Under the pieces are notes generated by a model. The model was not told where the DNA came from. It did not search any database and worked only from the letters and a program-made list of their open reading frames with translations. A stretch of 64,000 bases of DNA from Sideroxydans sp. (lineage in GTDB: Bacteria > Pseudomonadota > Gammaproteobacteria > Burkholderiales > Gallionellaceae), in the NCBI GenBank assembly GCA_024636935.1, contig JAGXGC010000004.1, positions 17,287 through 81,286 on the forward strand, written 5' to 3'. Made by a program: the position numbers and the translations under genes. This document shows, piece by piece, positions 11,869-23,300 of this stretch (position 1 is its first letter; every line of letters begins with the position of its first letter).

Positions 11869-14800
11869 TTAATACCCATCGAGAAAATGTTCAACATTCG
11901 TCAGCTCCTGTTCAAACCGGGGCAGCAGCACTGCCAGCGTTCCGTCCTCGCCCGCCTTGCCTGCCTGTTCCATTGCGGCGCACAGCTCGCCCAGCGCCAG
12001 CGCGCCCACCGAGCGGGCCGAGGATTTTAGCTTGTGCGCCGCCGCGCCGACGGTCGCCATATTACCTTGAGCGTAGGCCGCACGCAGTTCCGTTACGATC
12101 TTGTCGGCGCTGCTGTGGAAGTCGTGCAGGAACTCGCGGATGATCGTCTCATCGTCGCCCACCAGTGCCTTGAGTACGTTTACGTCAACCGGGACAGGTG
12201 ACACAACGGGCAGTTGTAGGTCGGGATTTATCCCGACATGCCTGTCCTGAGCCTGTCGAAGCGGTCGGGTTGAAACCCGACCTACGCTTAATGTCGATTC
12301 GCTCGGCATTGGATCGGAAGCAACAACCGGCAACCATTTATCCAGCATCGCTTTTAGGCTGACCAGTTGCACTGGCTTGCTCAGGTAATCATCCATGCCG
12401 ACTTCTCGGCAATGTGCGGCTTCGCCTTTGAGTGCATTGGCGGTGAAGGCGATGATGGGCATACGTGTCTTGCCGGTTTCGGCGGAACGGATGGAGGTGG
12501 TCAGCTCGTAGCCGTCCATCTCCGGCATGTGCAGGTCGGTGATCAGGATGCCGTAATCGCCGCTCTGCCAAAGCGCCAGCGCTTCGCGACCATTACCGGC
12601 GATATCTGCGGTTTGCCCGAGCAGCTTGAGTTGTTGCAGGACGACTTTTTGGTTGATCTCGTTGTCTTCGGCGACCAGGATCAGGCTGCCTTGTCGGCGC
12701 GCTTCTTCGCGGGACAACGGCGCGAGTGTTGCTTTGACATGGTTGGACAGGTCTTTCAGCTCAGGCGGTTTGACCCAGCCGGCAGCAACGGCCACCGCCC
12801 TCAGCAGCGCATTGCGGGTCAATACATTGCCATCCACCAACACCAGATCGGCATCTTCCAAACGCAGTTCCCGTCGCTGCCCGCGCCGGATGACGATGAA
12901 GCGAATTTTATGTTCCGGGTGTGCGCGGGCTGTGGCACGCAGTTCATCCAGCGGCGGGTTGGCGGCTGCGGTGTCAATGAGCACGATGCACAGGCCGGGA
13001 GGATGCTGCAATATCCATTCCTTGATAGTACCCAAGTCTGTCACCCGCTCGACCAGCGCACCCGAATGTTTAAGATAGACGGCAAGATCATCGGCAAGCC
13101 CGTCTGCGCCCACTACCAGGCAGGGCAGGCCGGTGACCTGTTGATTGGGCTGAATTCCTGAGCCTGTCGAAGCGGCCTGAACTGCATTCACTAACAATTT
13201 GAAAGGCAGGTGCACAGTGAATGTCGAGCCTTTGCCCGGTTCGCTCTGCACGGTGATTTCACCGCCCATGATATTTGCCAACTTGCGCGAGATGGCCAGC
13301 CCCAACCCGGAGCCGCCGAAATGCCGGGTGGTGGAAGAGTCCGCTTGGGAAAAAGGTGTGAACAATCGCGCCTGAGTTTCTTCATCCATGCCAATGCCGT
13401 TGTCGGCCACACGAAACTCCAGCATCACCTGCTCCGGCGTGCTTTCAGCCAGCCGCGTACGCACCGATACCTTACCTTGCCCCTGCTGTCCGCCGGAAAA
13501 TTTGATGGCGTTGCTGGTCAGGTTGACCAGTATCTGGCGCAGCCGTCCCGGATCACCCATGACTGTTGCGGGAATGGCCGGGTCGGTGAACAGCAGCAGC
13601 TCCACTCCTTTCTTTTCGGCCATCTGATCCAAGGTTCCACATGCCCCCTCCACCACGTCGGCGACAGACGTGGGTACGCTGTCAATCTGGAGCTTGTCAG
13701 CCTCGATCTTGGAGAAGTCGAGAATGTCGTCAACGATAGCCAGCAAGGCAAACGCCGAGTCGTGGATGATGTTGGACATCTCCATCTGTGCGCCATTCAG
13801 GTCGCTCTGCTGCAATACATCCACCATGCCGATCACGCCGTTCATCGGGGTGCGTATCTCGTGGCTCATGGTGGCAAGGAATTCAGACTTGGCACGGTTG
13901 GCATGCTCTGCTTCGATCCGGGCGCGCTCCAGATCGGCGGTGCGCGCCAGCACTTTGTTTTCCAGCTCTGCGTTGAGATGGCGCAGCGACTCCCCCGTAC
14001 GTTTCTGATCTTCGATCATACTCAACAGCGCATCGGCCATCTGGTTGAGCGCATGGTCGATACGACCAAGATCATCGGTCGCAGAATCGCCGCCCGTCAC
14101 GAGGCGCGTCTTCAGGTCGCCGGCCGCGATGCGCGCGGAGAATTCCACGGTGCGACTGACCGAGCGCGTTATGCCGCGCCACACCGCCCATGAGATCAGC
14201 AGCATGAGCACGATAGCGGCGGCGCTGCCGATGACGAAGGTGATCGTCGCCCGCATCATGGTTTTGTTTATGTGATCGAATTCTTCGTCAGAAACGACCT
14301 TGGCGGCGTGGTGCAGCGTATCCAGCAGCGATTCGATCTCATCGGCGGTGACGGATAACTGCGCCTGGCTGGTGTCGATCTTGTGTTTGACCTCGGCATA
14401 CTCGTCGAACAGCGCGATGTAATCGGTGATCAGTACGGTCATGGCTGCGCGCTGTTTGGCCGATAGTCCCGGCGTCTGGCGCAGATGTTGCCCGAAATCC
14501 TGTTCGACTTGGCGCACTTTCTTGATGTCCTGCGTCTGGTTGCGCAGCAGAAAATCTTTTTCCGCGCGACGCAGGCTAAGCAGGTCTATCATCAGCGGCA
14601 TGGCGGCGGGCGGAATGAGCCGCTCGATGGCGTGGGCGCGCTGGCGAAAACGGCCTTCAAGCCCCGTATCCACGTGACCGAGGCGGCCATACAGCTCAAC
14701 CAGTTCGATAAATATAGCCTCGTGCCGACGGATCTGCCGCCCGATTTCATCTGTGCCCGCCATGGCCTGCCGCTCGTGCTCCATCGTGGGCAGGCGGTGA

Positions 14801-15168
14801 AGTTCAGCTACAAGCGCGATGATGTTGGCAACTTCGTTGCGCACCAGACCGAGGTAGCGCGAGCGCGCCGCCGGGTAACTCAGCTCTTGCCAGGACAGTA
14901 TGAAATCCTTCTCATAACCGCGCGCCTCATCCATGCCCTCATCTATATTCAGGATGGCTGCATCCATTGGTATATGCACGTCCTGAATATTCCGCAGTTG
15001 GGAAGCAAGCTCCGATGAGAGGATATTGGCCATCGCCGCGAGCAGGACAAGAAGCGCGATACCGGTGCCCAGCCCGAGCATGAGCTGGGCGCGCAGCCCC
15101 AGTCGGCGCACCATACCGCGTGGCGACGGTTCAATTCTGGCAGTGGATGGAATCATGGACAAGATCAA
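11869..15168 (-). CDS. Hybrid histidine kinase HK2 (TM-helical periplasmic sensor-TM-HAMP-HisKA-HATPase-pseudoREC-REC-Hpt)
   Basis: Two TM helices, [14 protein letters not shown] sensor motif, [14 protein letters not shown], receiver and Hpt ([13 protein letters not shown]). Confidence 0.95.
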   Translation of the reverse strand: MILSMIPSTARIEPSPRGMVRRLGLRAQLMLGLGTGIALLVLLAAMANILSSELASQLRNIQDVHIPMDAAILNIDEGMDEARGYEKDFILSWQELSYPAARSRYLGLVRNEVANIIALVAELHRLPTMEHERQAMAGTDEIGRQIRRHEAIFIELVELYGRLGHVDTGLEGRFRQRAHAIERLIPPAAMPLMIDLLSLRRAEKDFLLRNQTQDIKKVRQVEQDFGQHLRQTPGLSAKQRAAMTVLITDYIALFDEYAEVKHKIDTSQAQLSVTADEIESLLDTLHHAAKVVSDEEFDHINKTMMRATITFVIGSAAAIVLMLLISWAVWRGITRSVSRTVEFSARIAAGDLKTRLVTGGDSATDDLGRIDHALNQMADALLSMIEDQKRTGESLRHLNAELENKVLARTADLERARIEAEHANRAKSEFLATMSHEIRTPMNGVIGMVDVLQQSDLNGAQMEMSNIIHDSAFALLAIVDDILDFSKIEADKLQIDSVPTSVADVVEGACGTLDQMAEKKGVELLLFTDPAIPATVMGDPGRLRQILVNLTSNAIKFSGGQQGQGKVSVRTRLAESTPEQVMLEFRVADNGIGMDEETQARLFTPFSQADSSTTRHFGGSGLGLAISRKLANIMGGEITVQSEPGKGSTFTVHLPFKLLVNAVQAASTGSGIQPNQQVTGLPCLVVGADGLADDLAVYLKHSGALVERVTDLGTIKEWILQHPPGLCIVLIDTAAANPPLDELRATARAHPEHKIRFIVIRRGQRRELRLEDADLVLVDGNVLTRNALLRAVAVAAGWVKPPELKDLSNHVKATLAPLSREEARRQGSLILVAEDNEINQKVVLQQLKLLGQTADIAGNGREALALWQSGDYGILITDLHMPEMDGYELTTSIRSAETGKTRMPIIAFTANALKGEAAHCREVGMDDYLSKPVQLVSLKAMLDKWLPVVASDPMPSESTLSVGRVSTRPLRQAQDRHVGINPDLQLPVVSPVPVDVNVLKALVGDDETIIREFLHDFHSSADKIVTELRAAYAQGNMATVGAAAHKLKSSARSVGALALGELCAAMEQAGKAGEDGTLAVLLPRFEQELTNVEHFLDGY
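12216..12285. repeat. Inverted GTAG-type REP doublet (REPIN-like) with a nested second repeat, inside the HK2 coding sequence
   Basis: GTAG-GTCGGG-atttat-CCCGAC at 12216-12237; its inverted partner GTCGGG-ttgaaa-CCCGAC-CTAC at 12264-12285; spacer cctgtcctgagcctgtcgaagc. Confidence 0.85.
13156..13175. repeat. Second copy of the 20 bp tcctgagcctgtcgaagcgg element within HK2
   Basis: Identical to 12245-12264. Confidence 0.8.
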
Positions 15169-18100
15169 TACCCCTCAAGAAAATGTGCAACGCTCGCCAG
15201 CTCCTGTTCGAACTTTGGCAACAGCGCCGCCAGCGCTTTATTATTGCCCGCCTTGCCCGCCTGTTCCATTCCCGCGCACAACTCACCCAGCGCCATCGCC
15301 CCCACCGAGCGCGACGATGATTTGAGCTTGTGCGCCAACGCACCGGCAGTGGCTGCCTGACCCGACGCGCAGGCGGTGCGCAGTTCCGCCGCTATCTTGG
15401 CCGCGCTGAGGCGGAAGTCGTGCAGGAACTCGCGGATCGCTGCCTCGTCATCACCGATCAACGCCTTGAGCACATTCACATCCACAGGCAAGGGGGATGA
15501 AGCTTGCAGTCTGTTAACCATGGGGACATCTCCTTCATTCTCATGCGAGCCACGAGGTAGCCATTTATCCAGCATCGCTTTTAGGCTGACCAGTTGCACC
15601 GGCTTACTCAGGTAATCATCCATGCCGACTTCTCGGCAATGTGCGGCTTCACCTTTGAGTGCATTGGCAGTGAAGGCGATGATGGGAATACGTGTCTTGC
15701 CGGTTTCGGCGGAACGGATGGAGGTGGTCAGCTCGTAGCCGTCCATCTCCGGCATGTGCAGGTCGGTGATCAGGATGCCGTAATCGCCGCTCTGCCACAG
15801 CTCCAGCGCATCGCGACCATTACCGACGATATCTGCGGTTTGCCCGAGCAGCTTGAGTTGTTGCAGGACGACTTTTTGGTTGATCTCGTTGTCTTCGGCG
15901 ACCAGGATCAGGCTGCCTTGTTGGCGCGCTTCTTCGCGGGACAACGGCGTCAATACCGTTTTGACTTCACCAGTTACTGCTTGCCAGTCAGACACCTTAA
16001 CCCTGCCGGAAGCGACCGCCACCGCCTTCAGCAAAACCTTGCGAGAAAGCAAGTTGCCATCTACCAGCACCAGATCATCTTCCTCTACACGCGGCTTGCG
16101 GCGCTGCCCGCGCCGGATGACGACAAAGTGTGTTTGCTGTGCAGGGTGGGCGCGCGCTGCGGCGCGCAGCTGATCCAGCGGCAAGTTGGCGGCGGCGGTG
16201 TCGACCACCACGATGCACATGCCGGGTGGACGCTTGGCTATCCATTCCTTGACTGCCGCTAATTCCGCCTGCCGCTCGACCTTTGCACCCGCATGCACAA
16301 GATAGGCGCCGATATCATCGGCAAGACCCTCGCTACCTCCTGCCACCAGACAGTTCAGTCCGGCAACCAGACTGGGAGTGGCTTCCGGCTGCTCCGGCAC
16401 CCGTTGGAAAGCCAGGCGCACAATGAACACCGAGCCTTTGCCCGGTTCACTCTGTACTGAAATATCGCCGCCCTTGATATTTACCAGCTGCCGCGAGATA
16501 GCCAAGCCCAGTCCGGTACCGCCATAGGTGCGGGTTGTGGATGAGTTGGCCTGGGAAAAGGGCGTGAACAACCGCGCCTGCGTTGCAGCGTCCATACCGA
16601 TGCCGTTATCGGTCACGCGAAACTCCAGCTTCACCTGTTCTGCTGTGCTTTCTGTCGGCAAGGTGCGAACCGACACCTTGCCCTGCCTCGTTTGCCCGCT
16701 GGAAAACTTGACCGCGTTATTGGTCAGGTTGACCAGTATCTGGCGCAAGCGCCCGGGATCGCCCATGACTTGCGCAGGAATGCCGGGGTCAGTGAACAGC
16801 GTCAGCTCCACATCTTTGTGCAAGGCGATGTGGCTCATGGTTTCGCATGCCGACTCCACCACATCGGCAATAGACATGGGCACGCTTTCGATCTGCAGCT
16901 TGCCCGCCTCGATCTTGGAGAAGTCGAGAATGTCGTCGATGATGGACAACAAGGCGAACGCCGAATCGTGGATGATGTTGGCCATCTCCGTCTGCGCACC
17001 ATTCAAACTGCTCTGCTGCAACACATCCACCATGCCGATCACACCGTTCATCGGCGTGCGTATCTCATGGCTCATGGCGGCAAGGAATTCAGACTTGGCG
17101 CGGTTGGCCTTCTCGGCTTTGAGCATGGCCTGCTCCATGGCAAGCGTGATGCGCTTTCGTTCGCGGATGTCGCGCAGAATGCCGGTGAAATAACGCGCCC
17201 CCTGTACAAGATATTCGCTGATAGAGAGCTCCATCGGGATGAGTTCGCCGCTTTTGCTTTTTCCTACGATCTCCCGCCCGATGCCGATGATGCGCGTCTC
17301 ACCGGTACGCATATGGCGATCCAGGTAGCTGTCATGGGCGGAATGGTCGGGTTCTAGCATGAGCATGGAAACGTTTTCCCCGATCACCTCATCGTGGCTA
17401 TAGCCGAGTATCTTCTCCACCGCCGGGTTGGCAGAAAGGATGATGCCTTGGTCGTTTATGGTGATCACGCAATCCATCATGTGATCGACCACAGAGCGGA
17501 TCTCTTCTTCCTTTTTACTTATGTCCAGATTGGTTTGTTCCAGCGCAGCAGTGCGCGACGATACTTTTTGTTCGAGCTCTTCATTGAGCTGGCGCAGCGA
17601 CTCCTCAGCCTGCTTGCGGTCTTCGATCACGCTCAATAATGCGCGCCGCGATTGATTGGCGGCGGCTAGCAGCTCTTGCGCCAATTTTTCAGATGCCAGG
17701 ACTTCCTCGTTGCGAATCTGTTCCGTCAAGTCGGTTGCCACCAGACAGAAAACTGCGGATATCTCATGGATGAACAGATCGTTCACGGACAGCGAAACTG
17801 GGACCCGCGCTCCGTTTCCTGTGACAAGCTCAAGCTGAACGCGGCGCTTCCCGCCTGATCCATTGTCCAGCAACGGTTGAAGGATTTTCCGGCTGTCCGG
17901 TGCAATAAAGGTAGAGAACGTGGCGCCGATCACTTTTTCGAGTGGCGTCTTGAGTATCTCTGCAAAGCTCTGGTTGGCGTACAAAATGACGCCCTCCGCA
18001 GATAGGGTCAGCGCACCTTCGCTCATGTTTTCGATCAGCAACCGGTAAGACTGGTCGGTGCCTTTGAGCGTAAAAATCTGCGCGCCAGCCGCCCCAGTGA

Positions 18101-18221
18101 CGAACAATGCGTCCGACTCACCGCTGAATATCTCGCTCAGGGTCGCTTCGGCTTTTTCAAGCCGGGCGCGCAAATCCCGGTTGTCTGCGAGCAACTTCTC
18201 TGAGGTGGGATAGTTTGGCAT
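15165..18221 (-). CDS. Kai-associated hybrid histidine kinase HK3 (coiled coil-PAS-FixL-like PAS-HisKA-HATPase-pseudoREC-REC-Hpt)
   Basis: N-terminal [21 protein letters not shown] motif, of the type seen in kinases following kaiCB; second PAS is FixL-like ([22 protein letters not shown]); H-box, REC and Hpt present. Confidence 0.94.
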   Translation of the reverse strand: MPNYPTSEKLLADNRDLRARLEKAEATLSEIFSGESDALFVTGAAGAQIFTLKGTDQSYRLLIENMSEGALTLSAEGVILYANQSFAEILKTPLEKVIGATFSTFIAPDSRKILQPLLDNGSGGKRRVQLELVTGNGARVPVSLSVNDLFIHEISAVFCLVATDLTEQIRNEEVLASEKLAQELLAAANQSRRALLSVIEDRKQAEESLRQLNEELEQKVSSRTAALEQTNLDISKKEEEIRSVVDHMMDCVITINDQGIILSANPAVEKILGYSHDEVIGENVSMLMLEPDHSAHDSYLDRHMRTGETRIIGIGREIVGKSKSGELIPMELSISEYLVQGARYFTGILRDIRERKRITLAMEQAMLKAEKANRAKSEFLAAMSHEIRTPMNGVIGMVDVLQQSSLNGAQTEMANIIHDSAFALLSIIDDILDFSKIEAGKLQIESVPMSIADVVESACETMSHIALHKDVELTLFTDPGIPAQVMGDPGRLRQILVNLTNNAVKFSSGQTRQGKVSVRTLPTESTAEQVKLEFRVTDNGIGMDAATQARLFTPFSQANSSTTRTYGGTGLGLAISRQLVNIKGGDISVQSEPGKGSVFIVRLAFQRVPEQPEATPSLVAGLNCLVAGGSEGLADDIGAYLVHAGAKVERQAELAAVKEWIAKRPPGMCIVVVDTAAANLPLDQLRAAARAHPAQQTHFVVIRRGQRRKPRVEEDDLVLVDGNLLSRKVLLKAVAVASGRVKVSDWQAVTGEVKTVLTPLSREEARQQGSLILVAEDNEINQKVVLQQLKLLGQTADIVGNGRDALELWQSGDYGILITDLHMPEMDGYELTTSIRSAETGKTRIPIIAFTANALKGEAAHCREVGMDDYLSKPVQLVSLKAMLDKWLPRGSHENEGDVPMVNRLQASSPLPVDVNVLKALIGDDEAAIREFLHDFRLSAAKIAAELRTACASGQAATAGALAHKLKSSSRSVGAMALGELCAGMEQAGKAGNNKALAALLPKFEQELASVAHFLEGY

Positions 18222-18562
18222 TACGCCTTCTTCCGTATTTCCAGCCCCATCAGCACCTTCTCGGTATCCGACAGATCGCCGATGATGCGGCGCAACGGGG
18301 GGGGGAGTTTTCTGATCAGTGTGGGAATGGCGATGATCTGCTCACCCTGAGCGAGTTGCGGCTGCTGGTACAGATCGATCACGTCCAGCTCATATCGACC
18401 CCGCAGGTTTTCTTCACAGATCTTTTTGATGTTGACGATCGCGTTGACGGATTTAGGCGACTGTCCGGCGATGTACAGTTTCAGGATGTAGCGGCTTGAA
18501 ACCACCTTGGGCGATGCGCTCATGGCTTTGGGAGGCTCGGGCGGAGATGAATTCTTCTTCAT
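18221..18562 (-). CDS. kaiB: KaiB-like protein
   Basis: [14 protein letters not shown]...[24 protein letters not shown]. Confidence 0.96.
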   Translation of the reverse strand: MKKNSSPPEPPKAMSASPKVVSSRYILKLYIAGQSPKSVNAIVNIKKICEENLRGRYELDVIDLYQQPQLAQGEQIIAIPTLIRKLPPPLRRIIGDLSDTEKVLMGLEIRKKA

Positions 18563-20331
18563 TTCGAGCCGCCTTTTTGTTTGTTCGGTTTTGCGTCCAC
18601 TTTGCGGATCAACCCCATGTCCACAAGTCCCTGCGCCAGTTGCGCTTTCTCTGCCTTTTCCTGGTCGATGATTGTTAACGAGGCGACCTCCTGCACCGCA
18701 AACTCGGCACGCAACATGGCGACCTGCGCTTCCAGCGTGGTGCGTTTGCGTTCCAGTTCGATGCGCCGCAGCTCGACTTCCTGATCGTGCACTAACAACG
18801 TGGCTTCTTTTTCCGCCTCTTTCGTCAGGCGCGCTGAGCCGGTCAGCACGCCCTCCGGTCCGACGTATACGTCGCGCAGTTCCACGCCTCGATCGGTCAA
18901 CAAGAACTCGCGTATCTGGTTCGAATGCGCCATACCGCGCGATTTCAGGATGGACAGGCAGCGATTACGTTCGCCGCCGCTGTCGATGTCCTTCAACAAC
19001 AGCCAAGTGTCGATCACGGACGAAATGGCGACATCGGTTTGTTCGAGCGGATTTCCGCTCTGCGCCAGATTGGTGAACAGGCCCGTGATCTGTCTTGTTT
19101 TCAGGAAATCCACCAGCCGCATCAACATCGATTTGACTTCGATCTGATTGTCACCGATGACAAAACTGTTCAACGGATCCATGATCACCACCTGCGGTTT
19201 GAAGTCATCGATCAATTTGTGTTTCAAGGCCAGGTGCGTTTCCAGGCCCGCGGACGAGGGACGGTCCGCATAAATCTGCAGCAGACCTTTCTTGACACAC
19301 GGTTGCAGGTCGATGCCGATGGAACGCATGTTGCGCATGATCTGATCGGGGGATTCTTCAAAGGAAAAGTACAGTACGCGTTCGCCGCGACGGCAGGCGG
19401 CATCGGCAAAGTGTGCGGCGAGACTGCTCTTACCGGTGCCCGCCGTACCGGAGACCAACACGCTACTGCCCCGGTAATAACCTTTACCGCCCAACATCGC
19501 ATCGAGACGCGCAACGCCGCTGGAAATACGCTCACTGGAGGCTTTATGATCCAGACTCAGCGACGTGACCGGCAGCACCGAAATGCCGTCTTCGTCGATC
19601 AGGAACGGATACTCGTTGGTGCCATGGGTAGAGCCGCGATACTTGACCACACGCAAGCGGCGCGAAGAGGTCTGCTCGCTCACGCGATGGTCGAGCACGA
19701 TCACGCAGTCGGAGACGTATTCTTCCAGGCCCTGGCGTGTCAGCGTTCCTTCGCCGCGTTCGCCGGTGATGACGGCCGTCACGCCTTTATCTTTCAGCCA
19801 GCGAAACAGGCGACGCAGTTCGGCACGCAGGATGGCCGGATCGGGCAGACCGGCAAACAATGTTTCGATGGTATCCAGCACCACACGTTTGGCGCCGATG
19901 GCATCAATGGCTGCCCCAAGACGGATGAACAAGCCTTCCAGATCGTATTCACCGCTCTCTTCGATTTCGCTGCGCTCGACATAGACATGATCCAGCACGA
20001 TCTTTTTTCGCGCGGCCAAGCCTTTCAGATCGAAACCGAGTGAGACGACGTTCTGGGTCAGGTCTTGGGCTGTCTCTTCGAAAGACATAAACACGCCCGG
20101 TTCGTTGTACTGCGTCGCGCCACGCACCAGGAACTCCATCGCGAGCAGCGTCTTGCCGCAGCCTGCGCCGCCGCAGATAAGCGTCGGTCGGCCTTTGGGC
20201 AATCCTCCACCGGTGATCTCGTCCAGCCCCTGAATGCCGGTTGGCGCTTTGGGGAGTTGCGGCCTGGATCTTGAGATTGATCTGACCTTGGCTGCCGGTT
20301 TGGATATTGCTGCAGGCTTGAGCTTGGTCAT
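18559..20331 (-). CDS. kaiC: KaiC (double-domain, KaiC2-like, C-terminal coiled-coil tail)
   Basis: Two P-loops ([16 protein letters not shown]), two SFEE motifs, phospho-site region [22 protein letters not shown] and an ~80 aa helical tail. Confidence 0.97.
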   Translation of the reverse strand: MTKLKPAAISKPAAKVRSISRSRPQLPKAPTGIQGLDEITGGGLPKGRPTLICGGAGCGKTLLAMEFLVRGATQYNEPGVFMSFEETAQDLTQNVVSLGFDLKGLAARKKIVLDHVYVERSEIEESGEYDLEGLFIRLGAAIDAIGAKRVVLDTIETLFAGLPDPAILRAELRRLFRWLKDKGVTAVITGERGEGTLTRQGLEEYVSDCVIVLDHRVSEQTSSRRLRVVKYRGSTHGTNEYPFLIDEDGISVLPVTSLSLDHKASSERISSGVARLDAMLGGKGYYRGSSVLVSGTAGTGKSSLAAHFADAACRRGERVLYFSFEESPDQIMRNMRSIGIDLQPCVKKGLLQIYADRPSSAGLETHLALKHKLIDDFKPQVVIMDPLNSFVIGDNQIEVKSMLMRLVDFLKTRQITGLFTNLAQSGNPLEQTDVAISSVIDTWLLLKDIDSGGERNRCLSILKSRGMAHSNQIREFLLTDRGVELRDVYVGPEGVLTGSARLTKEAEKEATLLVHDQEVELRRIELERKRTTLEAQVAMLRAEFAVQEVASLTIIDQEKAEKAQLAQGLVDMGLIRKVDAKPNKQKGGSK

Positions 20332-23300
20332 AAGTTGGTTTCCGATGGATTTTCAGATTCGGCGCTGGGGTAACGAGGATCTTTTCCAGTCTGTCCCAGC
20401 AGTTCGTTCACTTCATGCTTGAGGTCAAGGATGCGACCCTCACGCCCCGAGGTCACGTCATGCCAGCGGCGCAACTCATCCAACTGTTCGGCAAGTTTGG
20501 CTTCATTCAGCTTGCGCTCGGTGATGTCTCGCAATATTCCCAGCCCACCAGTGACCCCGTTGTCGCCCAACGGCGAAATGCTGCTATCGGCATCAAAATA
20601 TTCGCCTGACTTTTTGGCTATGCGCAGTCTGAAAGATGTAGTGGCTTCGCCGCCCAGTACTTTCAAGAAGATGTCGTTGGCGAACGGCAAGTCGTCCGGA
20701 TGGACAATTTGCCCGAACGGCTTGCCAATCCATTCTTCTGTTGCCCAACCTGTAATCCGTTCAAAGGCGTTGTTGAGGGAACGAAAAGTTCCGTCCGGCT
20801 CTAGCAGATAGATGATGTCGTAGGCATGCTCGAAGATGCCGCGGTAGCGCACATCGCTTTCACGTAGCGTATTTTCCGCACGCTTGCGTTCGGTGATGTC
20901 AATAAAAGTGACGATCGCGCCTATGGTAACCCCGTCGGATTCGATGGGATGCGACCAGTATTCAATAGGGATAGCGACGCCGTCCTTGCGCCAGAAAACC
21001 TCATCGGAAACATTGATGGGTTGATTTACTCGGTAAGCGCGATATGCCTTGCATTCATCTTCAGGATAGGAACTGCCATCGGCTCGGGAATGATGGATGA
21101 GATTATGAAGGTGCTTGCCCATCACTTCAGCTTCGTTCTGGTAACCCAGCATTTTCAGGAAAGCACGATTGACGAAAGTACAGTCACCATTGCTATCCAC
21201 CCCATAAGCACCTTCAGCCATCGAATTAAGCATTCGATGCAAACTCTCATTGGAGTCCCGCACCGCTTTCTGTGCCTGCTTAAGTTGCGTGATGTCTTCC
21301 TTGATCGCCAGATAGTGAGTCACTCGACCATCGGCCTGGCGCACTGGCGACACCAACGCTGACTCGATGTATTCACTGCCGTCCTTGCGCCGGTTGATGA
21401 ATTCGCCTTTCCATATTTCACCACGCGTCAGATGCGCCCACATTTCCTCATAGTTTTTCTTGGGTGTTTTGCCGGACTGAAGCAGGCGAGGGTTCTGTCC
21501 GATAAGTTCGGCGACGCTATAACCGCTCGTCCTGGCAAATGCCTCATTGACATATTCAATGTTTGCGTCAAGGTCGGTGATATCGATCGCGCTTGGACTT
21601 TGCTCTACTGCCAGCGAGAGCTTGCGCAACGACTCCTCAGTACGCTTTCGTTCAGTAGTGTCGATCGCTGTGGCATAGGTGATGCCATCGTGCTTGTCAT
21701 AGTAAGCCGTCCACGACAGATCAATCACACTGCCGTCTTTGCACTGGTAGCGGTTATCGAAATACAACGTCGGCCGGCTTTCTACCTGCTGCGTCATTTC
21801 ATCCGCGGTCTTTTGCCTGTCATCTGCCAAAACGAAGTCAAGGAACGGCTTTGCAATAAGTTCACTTTCGGAATATCCGGTTAGTTTTGAAAATGCTGGA
21901 TTGACCTGCGTGAAGCAGCCGTACGGATCGGCAATACACATCGGGTTGATTGAAAGCACAAAGAATTTTAAATACTGCTCCTTATCCTGCTCCAGCTTCT
22001 TGCGGGCGGTTATGTCACGCGCAATGCCCAACACGCCAGCCAGTTTTCCACCGGCATCACGCATCGGTGTCTTGACGGTTTCCAGCAGAGCGCGATGTCC
22101 GTCGTCGGCAAAGACAACCCATTCTTCATTGATGCAGGAATCTTTCGCCGCCATGGCGATACGGTCATGCTCGCGAAAAGATGTCGCCAATTCCCTGTCC
22201 ACAAAATCAAAATCTGATTTGCCGACAATATCCGCTTCTCTTGCGCCAAAGAAGCGCTCAAACATCGGGTTGCAGCTCTGATAGATGCCCTCGACATCCT
22301 TCAACCAGATCAGATCGGGTATGGCATTCACCAAGGTACGCAAACGGGTTTCTTTCTCCTCCAGCAAGAGCGCCAATTTATTGCGTTCGGTAATATCTTC
22401 TCCGATGCTCGCCGTTCCGATCACCTCACCCTCTATCGAACGCAGCACCGAATTATTCCAGCGTATCAGCCGACGCTCGCCCGAACGGGTGAGTATCTCG
22501 TTCTCGTGATGCAGCCCCCCGGACTGGTTGTCGATCAGCGAGGTGAAAAATTCATTTCGTAAACCTTGAATTTCGGGCGGCACGAAAAGATCCCACCAGT
22601 TTTTACCGATGACTTCCTCGCGCTTCCATCCAGTCAGGCGCAACAGGTAATCATTGCAATAGGTGATCCGCGCCTCGCGGTCCAGCATCATTGAAATCAG
22701 TTCTACATTCCCCAACAGGTCGCTGAAGCGCCGTTCGCTCTCGCGCAGTTCTCCATTGGCGCGGGCGATTTCCAGTTCAGCCATCTTCAGGTCATGGATA
22801 TCCGTGCAGGTGCCAAACCACTTGAGGATGTTGCCGTCGGCATCCAGCAGTGGCACGCCGCGCATCAGCCACCAGCGGTACTCCCCATCGGCGCGGCGCA
22901 AGCGGCTTTCGATGGAGTAGGTGGCCAGATCCCTGGTTGCGTTCTGCCAAGCGTCCCATGCCTGCTGCTGGTCGTCCGGATGAAACGGCTTGTTCCACCC
23001 ATGCCCCAGACTTTCCTCCAGCGTGAGTCCGGTGTAGTCCATCCAATGTTGGTTTATATAAGTGCCCCAGCCGTCCGCGCGTGTGATCCAGACGATCTGC
23101 GGCATGGATTCGGCCAGCGTGCGGAATTCAATTTCGCTAGCTCGAAAACCTTCCTCGATCCGCTTCCGTTCAGTGATGACTTGGGTGAAGAAAACGATCC
23201 CGCCGATTTCACCTCCCGCCTTGCGCCAGGGGCGCGCCTCCCATTGCAACCACTCGGTCGAACCGTCTGCTCGAGGAAAAGGGTCTTCGTCGCAATGCTC

